64,000 bases of DNA from Octopus vulgaris (lineage: Eukaryota): positions 68,448,001 through 68,512,000 of the forward strand of contig OX597830.1 of the NCBI GenBank assembly GCA_951406725.2. The letters run 5' to 3'. Shown one piece after another: positions 27,239 to 38,890 of this stretch. Position 1 is the first letter of the stretch; each line of letters starts with the position of its first letter. A program made the translations under genes and the position numbers. The notes under the pieces were generated by a model. That model ran no database searches, was not told the DNA's origin, and worked only from the letters and a program-made list of their open reading frames with translations.

Positions 27239-27530
27239 AAAACAAATACACATGTAAATACATACACACGTACACAATGCTCACACACACACACACACAC
27301 ACATACACACACACACGCACACAGTGCACACACACACATATATACACACGTACACACACACACACACAACGCGCGCACAGACACACACATACACACACAT
27401 GCCCACAGTGCACACACACACACACACATATATATACACACGCGCACACACACACACACAACGTGCACACACACACACACACACACACACAACACTCACA
27501 CTCATACATAACCTACATATATATAATGCA
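26200..27530. repeat. Compound CA/TA microsatellite forming part of the PLE 3' UTR
   Basis: The same irregular pattern recurs inverted at about 32870-34040 and partly at 32025-32320. Confidence 0.9.
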
Positions 27531-27677
27531 TGCGTGTGCGTGCCACGTATGTGTGCGGTCAATGCCCGCTAGTGTGTCCTATGCGTGCCGATGCGCGCTT
27601 GTGCGCCCCCGCACGATATGCTGTGAGTGTGCGCGTGTTCCCGTGTGCTTGCTCTGGATGTGTTTCTAGGGTGTATG

Positions 27678-29954
27678 TTAGAGTATGTTTAGTTGTGGTC
27701 TGTATTTTTGAATAAGATTACTTTCCTTATTTATTCGTGTTTGGTCTGTGGTGTTGTCCGAGCATTGGTATAGTGGGAAGACTAAGAATTTGGGGGACTT
27801 ATTGTGTGCACAAAGGTCTAAGTGTCCACTTAGTGGTATCTGTCTTGTGGAGGGGTCCCTCAGTTGTTGTCGGTGAACTGTCATTCTTTCTCTGAGGGTA
27901 AGGCTCGTTTGCCCTATGTAGTCTTCGTGGCATCCTTCACACCTTATGACGTAGAGTAAATTTTTTGATGCGCACGTGAAATTATTTTTTATGATGAATG
28001 TGTGTCCCGAGTGGAACTTGTACGACGATCCCTCAATGAGGTGGATGCAGGTCTTGCAGTTCGGGCGACCACATTTTTTTATGGTGGGCGGTGGGTTTGT
28101 GTTGTGTAATTTTGCGTTGGTGAGGAGGTTTTTTAGGGATTTAGGTTGTCTCTTACTTTTTATTATTTTATGAGCTGCCAGTACTTTTTTCAGGCGTGGG
28201 TCTTGATTTAGTTGTGGAATGTTGTTGTATATAATAGTGTAAGCTTCTGCATTCCTTGGCTTGTGTGTTGAGAGATAGGGGAGGCTATTTACTGTACTGT
28301 GGATGTGTTTGGGTTTTCGTAGGTCTTGAATGTTGATTGATTTGGCCCGTTCTATTCCGTTGTCTACTAGTGATGCCGGGTAATGTCTTTCGAGAAGAAT
28401 CGCCCTTAGTTCCCGGAGTCTTCTATTTCGTGTTGTGTCATTTGAGACAATAGTGCAGATTCTTCTCGCTAGGTTGAAGGGGATATTTGTCTTTGTGTGT
28501 TTTGGGTGATTGGAGGTGAATAGAAGGTATTGTTTAGAGTCAGTGGGTTTGTAATGGATGTCAGTTTCAATGTTGACGCCATTTTTAATGATTAGGATGT
28601 CAAGAAAAGGGAGTTGGTCCTGACTATATTCCATTGTGAATTGAATGTTGTTATTTACACTGTTGATAAGGTTTTTGAAGTCTATAAGTTGGTCGAGTGT
28701 GTGGGACCATAGGATGAGGCAATCATCTAAGTAGCGTTTCCAGTTCTCCAACAGGTATTTGTGGAAAGACTGGCCGTACTTATATTTGGATTTTTCATAG
28801 ATATATGATTCCAGGTAGGCCATCACCAGGTTTGCATAGGTAGGTGCAACTTTCGTACCCATTGCAGTTCCTGAGACCTGTCTGTAAGTGTTGTTGTGGA
28901 AATACATGAAGTTGTTTTGCAGAATAAATTTGAGGCCCTCAATTATGAATTCTTTTTTAATTCTTTCCGGGATCTCATTGGGATATTTATCCAGCCAGAA
29001 TTTAATGGCTTCCAGTCCATATTCATGTGGGATTGTGGTGTAAAGATTAATAACATCAAAAGAAACGATTAAGGTGTCTTTATCGGCATGTTTGGGGAGA
29101 TGATTTAATAGGTCCAGGTCATCTCTTACAATACTTGGAATGTGTTTCAGTATTGGCTTTAAGATGATATCTATAAAGTTGCTAAGTCTGTGTGTTTCAC
29201 AACTTGGGCCTGCCACTATTGGTCTCAGTTTGAGATCAGTGGGATGTGGTATAGTGATGCAGGTTGAAGTGGACTTTTTGCAAGCTTCTGTGATAATTTG
29301 ACTCTTGTGTATTTTTGGAAGCCCATAGAGTGTGCTGGTTTTGCAATTAAATTTAGTAATGTAGTCGCATTCCTTTGCTGTCAAGTCATTCCGGTGTTGG
29401 TAAATGAGTGCCTTCAGTTTGGTCATTGTTTTGGATTGCTTGTAGTCGACTACTCTTTCATAGTATGTGGTATCCTCTAAAAGGAGAGATACAGAGTTTT
29501 TATATTGCTCAGTATTCATAACAACGACCGTACTACCCTTATCAGCTTCCTTTATTGTGACGTCATGATTGTCTCGTAGCGTATGGATGATTTCCCATTC
29601 TCTTTTACTGGTGTTGGGTTTGAGTTTAGGTTGTGGGAGTTCACCATAAGGGAAGCTGGAGATGTAATCGCAAAATTTGGCTAAGGTTTTGTTTTTGCCT
29701 TTTATGGGATTATAGTTGCTTTTGTTACGGACCATTGATTCGTCGTTATTATTAGTTTTCCTGTCAAAAAATTCCTCTGTGAGGCGTAATTTTCTGCAAA
29801 AGTGTGAGATGTCATCCTGTATTTCCCTCAGGTTAGGGTATTGCGGAGTTGGGGTGAATTTTAGTCCTCTTGAAAGGATTTTTATTTGTGGTGTCGACAG
29901 GTTTAGGTTAGAAAGATTCACTATTTTTGGTTTTTCGGGGTTGGTATCTACCAT
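27678..29954 (-). CDS. PLE ORF2: reverse transcriptase plus C-terminal GIY-YIG endonuclease (758 aa, intact)
   Basis: IKEADKG, LYGLPKIHK, LRPIVAG, FDVINLYTTIP, YRQVSGTAMG, RYLDD; linker CGRPNCKTC; LLYVIRCEGC..YIGQT..RERMTVH..E..PQLN (Neptune-like architecture). Confidence 0.97.
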   Translation of the reverse strand: MVDTNPEKPKIVNLSNLNLSTPQIKILSRGLKFTPTPQYPNLREIQDDISHFCRKLRLTEEFFDRKTNNNDESMVRNKSNYNPIKGKNKTLAKFCDYISSFPYGELPQPKLKPNTSKREWEIIHTLRDNHDVTIKEADKGSTVVVMNTEQYKNSVSLLLEDTTYYERVVDYKQSKTMTKLKALIYQHRNDLTAKECDYITKFNCKTSTLYGLPKIHKSQIITEACKKSTSTCITIPHPTDLKLRPIVAGPSCETHRLSNFIDIILKPILKHIPSIVRDDLDLLNHLPKHADKDTLIVSFDVINLYTTIPHEYGLEAIKFWLDKYPNEIPERIKKEFIIEGLKFILQNNFMYFHNNTYRQVSGTAMGTKVAPTYANLVMAYLESYIYEKSKYKYGQSFHKYLLENWKRYLDDCLILWSHTLDQLIDFKNLINSVNNNIQFTMEYSQDQLPFLDILIIKNGVNIETDIHYKPTDSKQYLLFTSNHPKHTKTNIPFNLARRICTIVSNDTTRNRRLRELRAILLERHYPASLVDNGIERAKSINIQDLRKPKHIHSTVNSLPYLSTHKPRNAEAYTIIYNNIPQLNQDPRLKKVLAAHKIIKSKRQPKSLKNLLTNAKLHNTNPPPTIKKCGRPNCKTCIHLIEGSSYKFHSGHTFIIKNNFTCASKNLLYVIRCEGCHEDYIGQTSLTLRERMTVHRQQLRDPSTRQIPLSGHLDLCAHNKSPKFLVFPLYQCSDNTTDQTRINKESNLIQKYRPQLNIL

Positions 29955-31294
29955 CTGGTGTCGTGGAAACTGATGCCCTTGCCTAAAAAAGGAATCCTGG
30001 GGGTTCTTCTATCTGCGGTATTTTGCTGTATGTGATTCTGTCCCCCGTTGATATGTTGTCTGTTGAAGAGGTTTTGGTTGTTGTGATTCTGTCCCCCGTT
30101 GATATGTTGTCTGTTGAAGAGGTTTTGGTTGTTCCAGGGTCTGGGTTGTTGGTGTGGCCTCCTGGAAGAGTTTTGGTTATTCCAGGGTCTGGGTTGTTTG
30201 TCCTGGGTGTAATGTTGGTTCCTTAGAGTGGGTTGGAAACTACATTCATGGTTTAGAAGTGAATTCCTATATGTTGGGGGAGAACTCTGAGTTAGGAGCG
30301 GTTTGGGTTGGAATCTACAATCATAGTTCAGAGATGGGTTTCTAAGTGATGGGTAGGATCTCCGAATCTGGAACAGTTCTTGTGTGGGTTGGGGTCTACG
30401 TTGTCTGGTAAAGTTTTGTCTTGTGATGATGGGTGTCTCGGTTCTTTTGATGGGATTGTAGTGCTGTCTGTAAGTTCTGTTGTTGTTGTTGTCGATGTTA
30501 GGGGTGGTGTGTGTTCGGTGTTTTGTGGTTGGTTTTCTTTGTTTTTGGCGAGGGGTGTGAGTTGAAGTAGATATTTTAAAATATGGGTTGCTTGAAAGGT
30601 GTTCCTTTGTGAACTCTGTTTCATAATTGGCGAACCAGCTGTTTTTTTCCATTCGCTGGAGGGATGTTAGTTCTTCATCCTCGCAGTTTTTTCTCCAGAG
30701 TTTGGTGGTTTCATCAAGGAGTGCTCCTTCACGGTGTTTTGAGATTTCAATCTGCATTTCATTGTCAAGGGTCTTGGATTTTTCTTCACTGGCGTTGGCT
30801 CTGAGCCGCAAGAGTTCTACTTCCGTTTTGAATTTTTCAAAAGCTAGTTTCTCCCTGAGGTTTTTTTGGTTTTCTGGTTCATTTTGGATGGGTTTTATTT
30901 GTAGTTTTCTGGGTAGGATGATAGGGGTAGAGTTGAGCCACTTTTCATAAATGTCAGCTTTGTTGTTATTTTTTATGAAATTCCAGAAGGCAAACTTACG
31001 CGCTTTGAGATTTTTACTCCAGGTATTGTTAAGAGAGCTTTTAATTGAGAAGCAGTCTTTAGTTTGCTCCTGCTTTGGGAGCACTGCCGTCTCTATGGAT
31101 TTCATTAGGTTTTGCAGTGTTGGGATGATGTCAGAGATTTGATTGGTTGTTTTGGCCTCCATGAGTCCATTTAGGTATAAGTGCGATTGTTCGACTTTGT
31201 TTATTATGGTTGAAAGTTTCGAGGAGATTTCTTGTAATTCTTTTAGGATATTTTGGTTCATTAAAGATTCTGCTTGTTGTGATTTGGGTGGCAT
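29948..31294 (-). CDS. PLE ORF1: 448-aa coiled-coil/helical protein with N/Q/R-rich repetitive C-terminus
   Basis: Uninterrupted frame from ATG (MPPKSQQ) at 31294; heptad-like LKELQEISSKLSTIINKVEQ; its stop overlaps the ORF2 ATG (ATGGTAG). Confidence 0.85.
   Translation of the reverse strand: MPPKSQQAESLMNQNILKELQEISSKLSTIINKVEQSHLYLNGLMEAKTTNQISDIIPTLQNLMKSIETAVLPKQEQTKDCFSIKSSLNNTWSKNLKARKFAFWNFIKNNNKADIYEKWLNSTPIILPRKLQIKPIQNEPENQKNLREKLAFEKFKTEVELLRLRANASEEKSKTLDNEMQIEISKHREGALLDETTKLWRKNCEDEELTSLQRMEKNSWFANYETEFTKEHLSSNPYFKISTSTHTPRQKQRKPTTKHRTHTTPNIDNNNNRTYRQHYNPIKRTETPIITRQNFTRQRRPQPTQELFQIRRSYPSLRNPSLNYDCRFQPKPLLTQSSPPTYRNSLLNHECSFQPTLRNQHYTQDKQPRPWNNQNSSRRPHQQPRPWNNQNLFNRQHINGGQNHNNQNLFNRQHINGGQNHIQQNTADRRTPRIPFLGKGISFHDTRW
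29984..29990 (-). promoter_or_regulatory. Putative -1 programmed ribosomal frameshift site U_UUU_UUA
   Basis: CCT TTT TTA GGC (PFLG) in the ORF1 frame; the -1 frame reads RQGHQFPRHQ-MVDTN directly into ORF2. Confidence 0.7.
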
Positions 31295-31367
31295 TTTCGG
31301 GACTCGTGTGATGTTTATATATATATAAAAAAGTTGAGTTGTGGGGTATCGCACGAGTGGGATTATA

Positions 31368-32320
31368 TAAGAAAAAAGGTTTGAAAATGCAATTTAAACG
31401 ATGTTTATTTACTTAACCGGTTTCACTCTTTGGTAAAAGATCGTCAAAAGTAACATTGAATAATATGGGTTCAAAAAAGTTTTTTACATAATTGTCACAT
31501 TGAATATTATGAATTCAAAAAAGTTTTTTACATAATTGTCACATTGAATATTATGAATTCAAAAATGTTTTTTTATACATAATTGTCACATTACATGTAT
31601 AAATATAGTGTTTGGTAACAGAGAAGTTCAATAGTGTGATGAGAATATTTGGAATAATTGGCAGAAAAGAATAAAACAAATATATTATTGGAAATTTGGT
31701 TGCGTTAATTATTGTTTGTCGCAAATTGTCACATTACATGTATATATATACAGTCTTTGGTATATATATACAGTCTTTTGACAGCAAAAATTAAAATGGA
31801 TTTTTTATACATCTCAGAATATTTTGAGTTGAAGGCGAGAATATGTTTTTACTGACCTGTTTGTTTTAGAAGAAAAGTTGAATTGAGAGAAAAAAAGATG
31901 TGTACCCAGTTTGGTTTATACTTCCCCTTCAAGCATCAATGATTTTGGGGTTATCGGGAGGTTAGTATGCGGGTGTGAATAGATGTGTCCGTGTGCCTGC
32001 TGGTCAGACAGCGTCTGTTTGTCACACACATATATATACACACACACACACAACACACACACACACACATAGTATACAAACACACACCACATACAGACAA
32101 CACACACACACACAGAACACACACACACAACGCACCCACATATATAATATATACACACAGCACACAAATATAACATGTATTTATATATAATATACACACA
32201 TATATAACACACATACACACACAACACACACACACACACACACACAACACACGCACACATACATACATAATATAAATATCACACAAATACACCTAGCATA
32301 TATATACACATACAATGCAC
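31368..32320 (-). repeat. 5' pseudo-LTR (partial tandem copy of the 3' UTR)
   Basis: Direct repeat of 25599-26481 with one extra 44-bp subunit. Confidence 0.93.
31409..31453 (-). ncRNA. Minimal type I hammerhead ribozyme in the 5' pLTR
   Basis: TTACTT TTGACGA TCTTTTACCAAAGAGT GAAA CCGG TT AAGTAA: stem I TTACTT/AAGTAA, U3 core variant, palindromic AACCGGTT stem III. Confidence 0.75.
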
Positions 32321-33128
32321 AAAAATGTGGTCGCCCGAACTGCAAGACCTGCATCCACCTCATTGAGGGATCGTCGTACAAGTTCCACTCGGGACACACA
32401 TTCATCATAAAAAATAATTTCACGTGCGCATCAAAAAATTTACTCTACGTCATAAGGTGTGAAGGATGCCACGAAGACTACATAGGGCAAACGAGCCTTA
32501 CCCTCAGAGAAAGAATGACAGTTCACCAACAACAACTGAGGGACCCCTCCACAAGACAGATACCACTAAGTGGACACTTAGACCTTTGTGCACACAATAA
32601 GTCCCCCAAATTCTTAGTCTTCCCACTATACCAATGCTCGGACAACACCACAGACCAAACACGAATAAATAAGGAAAGTAATCTTATTCAAAAATACAGA
32701 CCACAACTAAACATACTCTAACATACCCCCTGGAAACACATCCAGAGCAAGCACACAGGGACACGCGCACACTCACAGCATATCGTGCGGGCGGGCACAT
32801 GCGCGCATCGGCACGCACAGGACACACTAGCGGGCTTTGACCGCACACATACGTGGCACGCACACGCATGCATCATATATATGTAGGTTATGTATGTGTG
32901 TGAGTGTTGTGTGTGTGTGTGTGTGTGTGCACGTTGTGTGTGTGTGTGCGCGTGTGTATATATATGTGTGTGTGTGTGTCTGTGTGTATGTGTGTGTGTG
33001 CGCGCGTTGTGTGTGTGTGCACGTGTGTATATATGTGTGTGTGTGTGTGCACTGTGTGCGTGTGTGTGTGTATGTGTGTGTGTGTGTGTGAGCATTGTGT
33101 ACATGTGTATGTATTTACATGTGTATTT

Positions 33129-33162
<34 letters not shown>

Positions 33163-33369
33163 GTGTGTGTGTGTTGTGTGTGTATATGCATGGTATGTGT
33201 GTATATGTGAGTACATTGTTTGTGTGTGTCTGTGCGGTATGTAGAGATATATTTGAGTGTGTTCGCTATAGGTTGTATTTTGTGTGTGTGGGTGTGTGTG
33301 TGAATTTTATATATATATGTGTGTGTATATGTGTGAAAAAATATATATATGTGCATGTATGTATGTATG

Positions 33370-33400
<31 letters not shown>

Positions 33401-33815
33401 GTGTGTGTATGTATGCATTGTATATATGTATATTGTAGGTGTGCTATATATGCATGAATACATGTATATGCATTGCGTGTATATATATGTATGCATTGTG
33501 TATGTATGTTATGTGTGTGTGTGTATATATATATTATATGTATGCGTGCATGTATGTGTATGCATTGTATGTATGTATAGTGTGGGTATATGTGGTATAT
33601 CTATGTATGTGTATGTAAACACTATTTATATGTATATATGTATAAAGGAATATATGTATATGCATTGTCTATATATATATATATTATATGTATGTATTGC
33701 ATATGTATATTGCATGCATATATTGTGTATGTGTATTATATACATGCTGTGTATGTGTATATATATGCTAGGTGTATTTGTGTGATATTTATATTATGTA
33801 TGTATGTGTGCGTGT

Positions 33816-33849
<34 letters not shown>

Positions 33850-34690
33850 TTATATATGTGTGTATATTATATATAAATACATGTTATATTTGTGTGCTGT
33901 GTGTATATATTATATATGTGGGTGCGTTGTGTGTGTGTCTGTTCTGTGTGTGTGTATGTTGTCTGTATGTGGTGTGTGTTTGTATACTATGTGTGTGTGT
34001 GTGTGTGTTGTTGTGTGTGTGTGTATATATGTGTGTGACAAACAGACGCTGTCTGACCAGCAGGCACACGGACACATCTATTCACACCCGCATACTAACC
34101 TCCCGATAACCCCAAAATCATTGATGCTTGAAGGGGAAGTATAAACCAAACTGGGTACACATCTTTTTTTCTCTCAATTCAACTTTTCTGCTAAAACAAA
34201 CAGGTCAGTAAAAACATATTCTCGCCTTCAACTCAAAATATTCTGAGATGTATAAAAAATCCATTTTAATTTTTGCTGTCAAAAGACTGTATATATATAC
34301 CAAAGACTGTATATATATACATGTAATGTGACAATTTGCGACAACCAATAATAAACGCAACCAAATTTCCAATAATATATTTGTTTTATTCTTTTCTGCC
34401 AATTTTCCAAATATTCTCATCACACTATTGAACTTCTCTGTTACCAAACACTATATTTATGCATGTAATGTGACAATTATGTATAAAAAAACATTTTTGA
34501 ATTCATAATATTCAATGTGACAATTATGTAAAAAACTTTTTTGAATTCATAATATTCAATGTTACAATTATGTAAAAAACTTTTTTGAACCCATATTATT
34601 CAATGTTACTTTTGACGATCTTTTACCAAAGAGTGAAACCGGTTAAGTAAATAAACATCGTTTAAATTGCATTTTCAAACCTTTTTCTTA
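32321..34690 (+). mobile_element. Inverted 5'-truncated PLE copy (Zn-finger/GIY-YIG coding end plus full 3' UTR)
   Basis: Starts at aaaaatgtggtcgcccg (KCGRPNC), stop at 32721, ends ctttttcttata; reverse complement of 25600-28078. Confidence 0.95.
34606..34650 (+). ncRNA. Minimal type I hammerhead ribozyme in the inverted pLTR
   Basis: ttactt ttgacga tcttttaccaaagagt gaaa ccgg tt aagtaa. Confidence 0.75.
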
Positions 34691-35380
<690 letters not shown>

Positions 35381-38300
35381 TGATTGATTGATTGATTGAT
35401 TGATTCTAGTTTCAGCTTATGAGCTGTGGCCATGCTGGGGCACCGCCATTTGGTGTTGCTACTTGGTTTTACTTCACGAAAGCTTTTTAGCAACTGCCAT
35501 TTGGTGCATGAGAGAGTTCGATGCAGCTGCCCTCATCTGCACCTCCTGCCGTGAAGTTGGTTCATCTGGGACACCTGACAGGAAGAGATCCAGTTTCATT
35601 TTAAAGACATCTGCATCCACCCCATGCAGGCCTCTTAGGTTCTTCGGGAGGATATTGAAGAGCTGTGGGCCTCGGAAGTCCAAGCTATCACAGAATCTTG
35701 TCCTACATCTTGATGGCAAGTTTGGAGTCCTAGGCACCACGCAGTGACGCCCAGTTCTGGCATTTGCGTAACTCTTGATGCCAAAGTTTAGGACACGTCC
35801 CTCCAGGATCTTCCAGATGTATATTACGGCATATCTTTCCCGCCTACGCTCCAGGGATTATAGTCTTAATCTCTTGAGTCTTTCCCAGTAGCTTACATTC
35901 TGCATAGAGGCTATCTTCTTCGTGTAGCTACGTTGGATCGCCTCGAGCTCTGTGATCAACTTGACACTGGATGGTGACCATAACTGAGAGCAGTAGTCAA
36001 AGTGGCTTAGGACAAGTGTCCTCCAGAGGACCATCATGGTTTCTTGTTCTCTTGTTCTAAAGGTTCTGAGGATCCATCCGGCCAGTCGTCTACATTTCAT
36101 TGCCAATTTAGCAACATGTACACGAAAGGTCGCGTCATCACTCATGTAAATACCTAGGTCACGCACTGATTGTGCCTCTGGGATTGCTATTCCTCCGGGT
36201 CCAGTGTATTCATTGGGTATTGCATTTAGTTTTGCATGCTGATAGTATAGAGCTTGAAACTTTTCAGCATTGAACTGCATGCTATTCTTTTCAGCCCACT
36301 TGTATATTTTGTCCAGCTCACATTGCAGGTGTTTAGTGTCCTCAGGGTTCTGTATTGCCTGTGAAACTTTTGTATCATCTGCATAACTTGTGATCGTAGC
36401 TCTCTGCGTGGCTGAGGACATGTCTGAGAGGGCCATTATGAACAGTAGTAGTCCCAGAACAGTGCCCTGCGGAACACCGCTCACTATTTGCGTGTTACTA
36501 CTACCACCTGACTTCTATCTTTTAGAAAGTCATGAAGCCATTCTCCCAGTTTTCCAACTATGTTGAGATCACGCAGTTTGTGACATATCATTCCATGATC
36601 GACTTTATCAAAGGCCTTTGCAAAGTCGAGATATATCACTTCCACATTTGAGTGGTTGAGCAGCCGTTTCAGCACCCAGTCATAGTGTTGTAGGAGCTGA
36701 GTTAAACAGCTTCTCCCTGGTCGGAAACCATGTTGGGTGTCGGGCAGCAAGTCATTCTCTTCAAGGAAGGTGATCAGCTTCCTTCTGACTATTCGTTCCA
36801 TGACCTTGCTGATGTGTGAGGTCAGAGAGATAGGTCTGTAGTTCTTGGCTTCCGCTCTGCTACCTCCTTTATGAATGGAGCATATTTTACCTTCCTTCAG
36901 TTTTCTTGGAAGTTTGCCAGCTGCAAGGAAGCTCTGAAAGAGGAACTGCAGTGGTCTTGCTAGGACTCTCTTACATGCTTTTAGGAGGATTGCCGGGAAT
37001 CCATCGGGGCCAGTAGCTGAGTCTGTTTTCATTTCATCTATAGCCTTGATTACATCGTCTTCCTTTATATCGATGTAATCTATCGTCGCCGCCTCTGATT
37101 TTATATCTGCAGTGGTAAAAAAGTCAGTTGGATTGGTGATTTGGAGATGCCCAAGGGGTGGAGTGAAAACACTCTTGAATTGCTCATTCAGTATTTCACT
37201 TACCCTCATTGGTTTTCCTGTAAGTGTGCCATCCTTTTCGAGGAGTGGCCCCATTCTACAGTGCACCGTAGCTGTTTCTTTGGCATCCCTGTAGAAAGCT
37301 CTGGGGTTAGATTTTATGTTGTCTATAGCCCAGGCTTCTTTGTCTGCTCTTTCTTTTTCATGGGAGAGTTGCAGACATTATTCGATTTCCAACAGTTTTA
37401 TTTTTAGGCGGGACTTTTCACTGCTTTCAATCTGTTTGTTTAGGCGATTTGAAAATTTTGTACGCCGTCTCATTAAAATTTTCCTGTCTCTGGGGATTTT
37501 GTTCTTGTGTACAGTGGCCTTTCTCTCTGAGACACATTTGTAGCATATGGCTTGCATTACAGACATGAATTGTTGAAGTTTCACGTCGATGTCTGGCGAG
37601 GAGAGACATTTAGGCCAGTTTTGTTTGAGGATCTCTTTCTCAATTTGTTTCCAGTTTGCCTTATGGAAGTTCAAGCTGGAAAGATTCTGGGGTTTCTTGT
37701 AGGCTGCATGTCCGTGCTCTCTTTTGGCCCGTACATGGTCAGCTCTATCATGTTGTGATCCGAGAGTAGTGTCGGTGTCACTTTCACATTATGGATGAGA
37801 TCCATGTCATTTGTGAAGCAGAGATCCAGTGTGTTACCTGCCCTGGTTGGTTGGAGTATTACCTGCTCCATGTACAGGGTGTTGATGAGGCTCAGGAGGG
37901 ACCTCGCCTGTCCTCGTTCACATCTTGTCATTCCTGGGAGAGAAAGGCCCTCGGGCCATCTGACATTGGGCAGATTGAAGTACACTCCCATAAGAAGTAC
38001 ACTTATGTGTTGTTCTAATGTGGTTAGAACTTCTTCTATTTTTATAAGGCAGTCTTCAAACTTGCCCACATGGCTTGGGGCATCTGGAAGGCGATATGTA
38101 GCACACACAACTACATCAAGTTGCCTAACATGTACAATTAGTGTGTCACACACCGAGTTTGAGTATGACAAGAGGACCTGGGGTGTGAGGTCCTCACGGA
38201 TGTACATAGCAACACCTCCATGACTCCTTTCTTTTCTGTCGGTCCGTAGTACAGCATACTGTGGTATGTGTAACTCCGCATCTGCTATGTCCGGTTTCAG

Positions 38301-38481
38301 GTGCGTTTCCGTAAGTGCTATGCATAAGGCTTGATTGCATGTAACAAAGTCTCTCAGGAACGGGATTTTTGTCCTGTTACTGAGTGTTTGCAGCCCTCTG
38401 ATGTTCAGTAGGAGCATCGAGGTGAGGTGTACGTTTTTGCCGGCGGTGTCCATCCTGGGTCTGTTTGCTGTGGTGGTCTTG
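35381..38481 (-). mobile_element. CR1/L2-group LINE ORF2 (APE + RT), frameshifted, no ORF1, (AATC)n tail
   Basis: LLNIRGL, ALTETHL, LDLCFTN, SDH (APE); GPDGFP, NYRPISLTS, QHGFRPGRSC, YLDFAKAFDKV, GVPQGTVLG, YADDTK (RT); split across ORFs 37671-38453, 37378-37674, 36484-37266, 35858-36484. Confidence 0.93.

Positions 38482-38890
<409 letters not shown>

Larger units (their letters stand above)
25401..34690 (-). mobile_element. Composite Penelope-like element: full-length unit, upstream direct pLTR and inverted 5'-truncated copy
   Basis: ORF1 and RT-GIY-YIG ORF2 on minus; 25599-26481 repeated directly at 31368-32320; 25600-28078 repeated inverted at 32321-34690; hammerheads in all three pLTRs; embedded in (TA)n. 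Confidence 0.95.

Noticed and set aside
31453-31592. Palindromic 44-bp repeats as a CRISPR-like array
   Set aside because: Head-to-tail with no unique spacers, inside a eukaryotic retroelement pLTR.
32321-32721. Stand-alone GIY-YIG endonuclease gene
   Set aside because: It is the truncated inverted PLE copy; no in-frame ATG precedes the domain.
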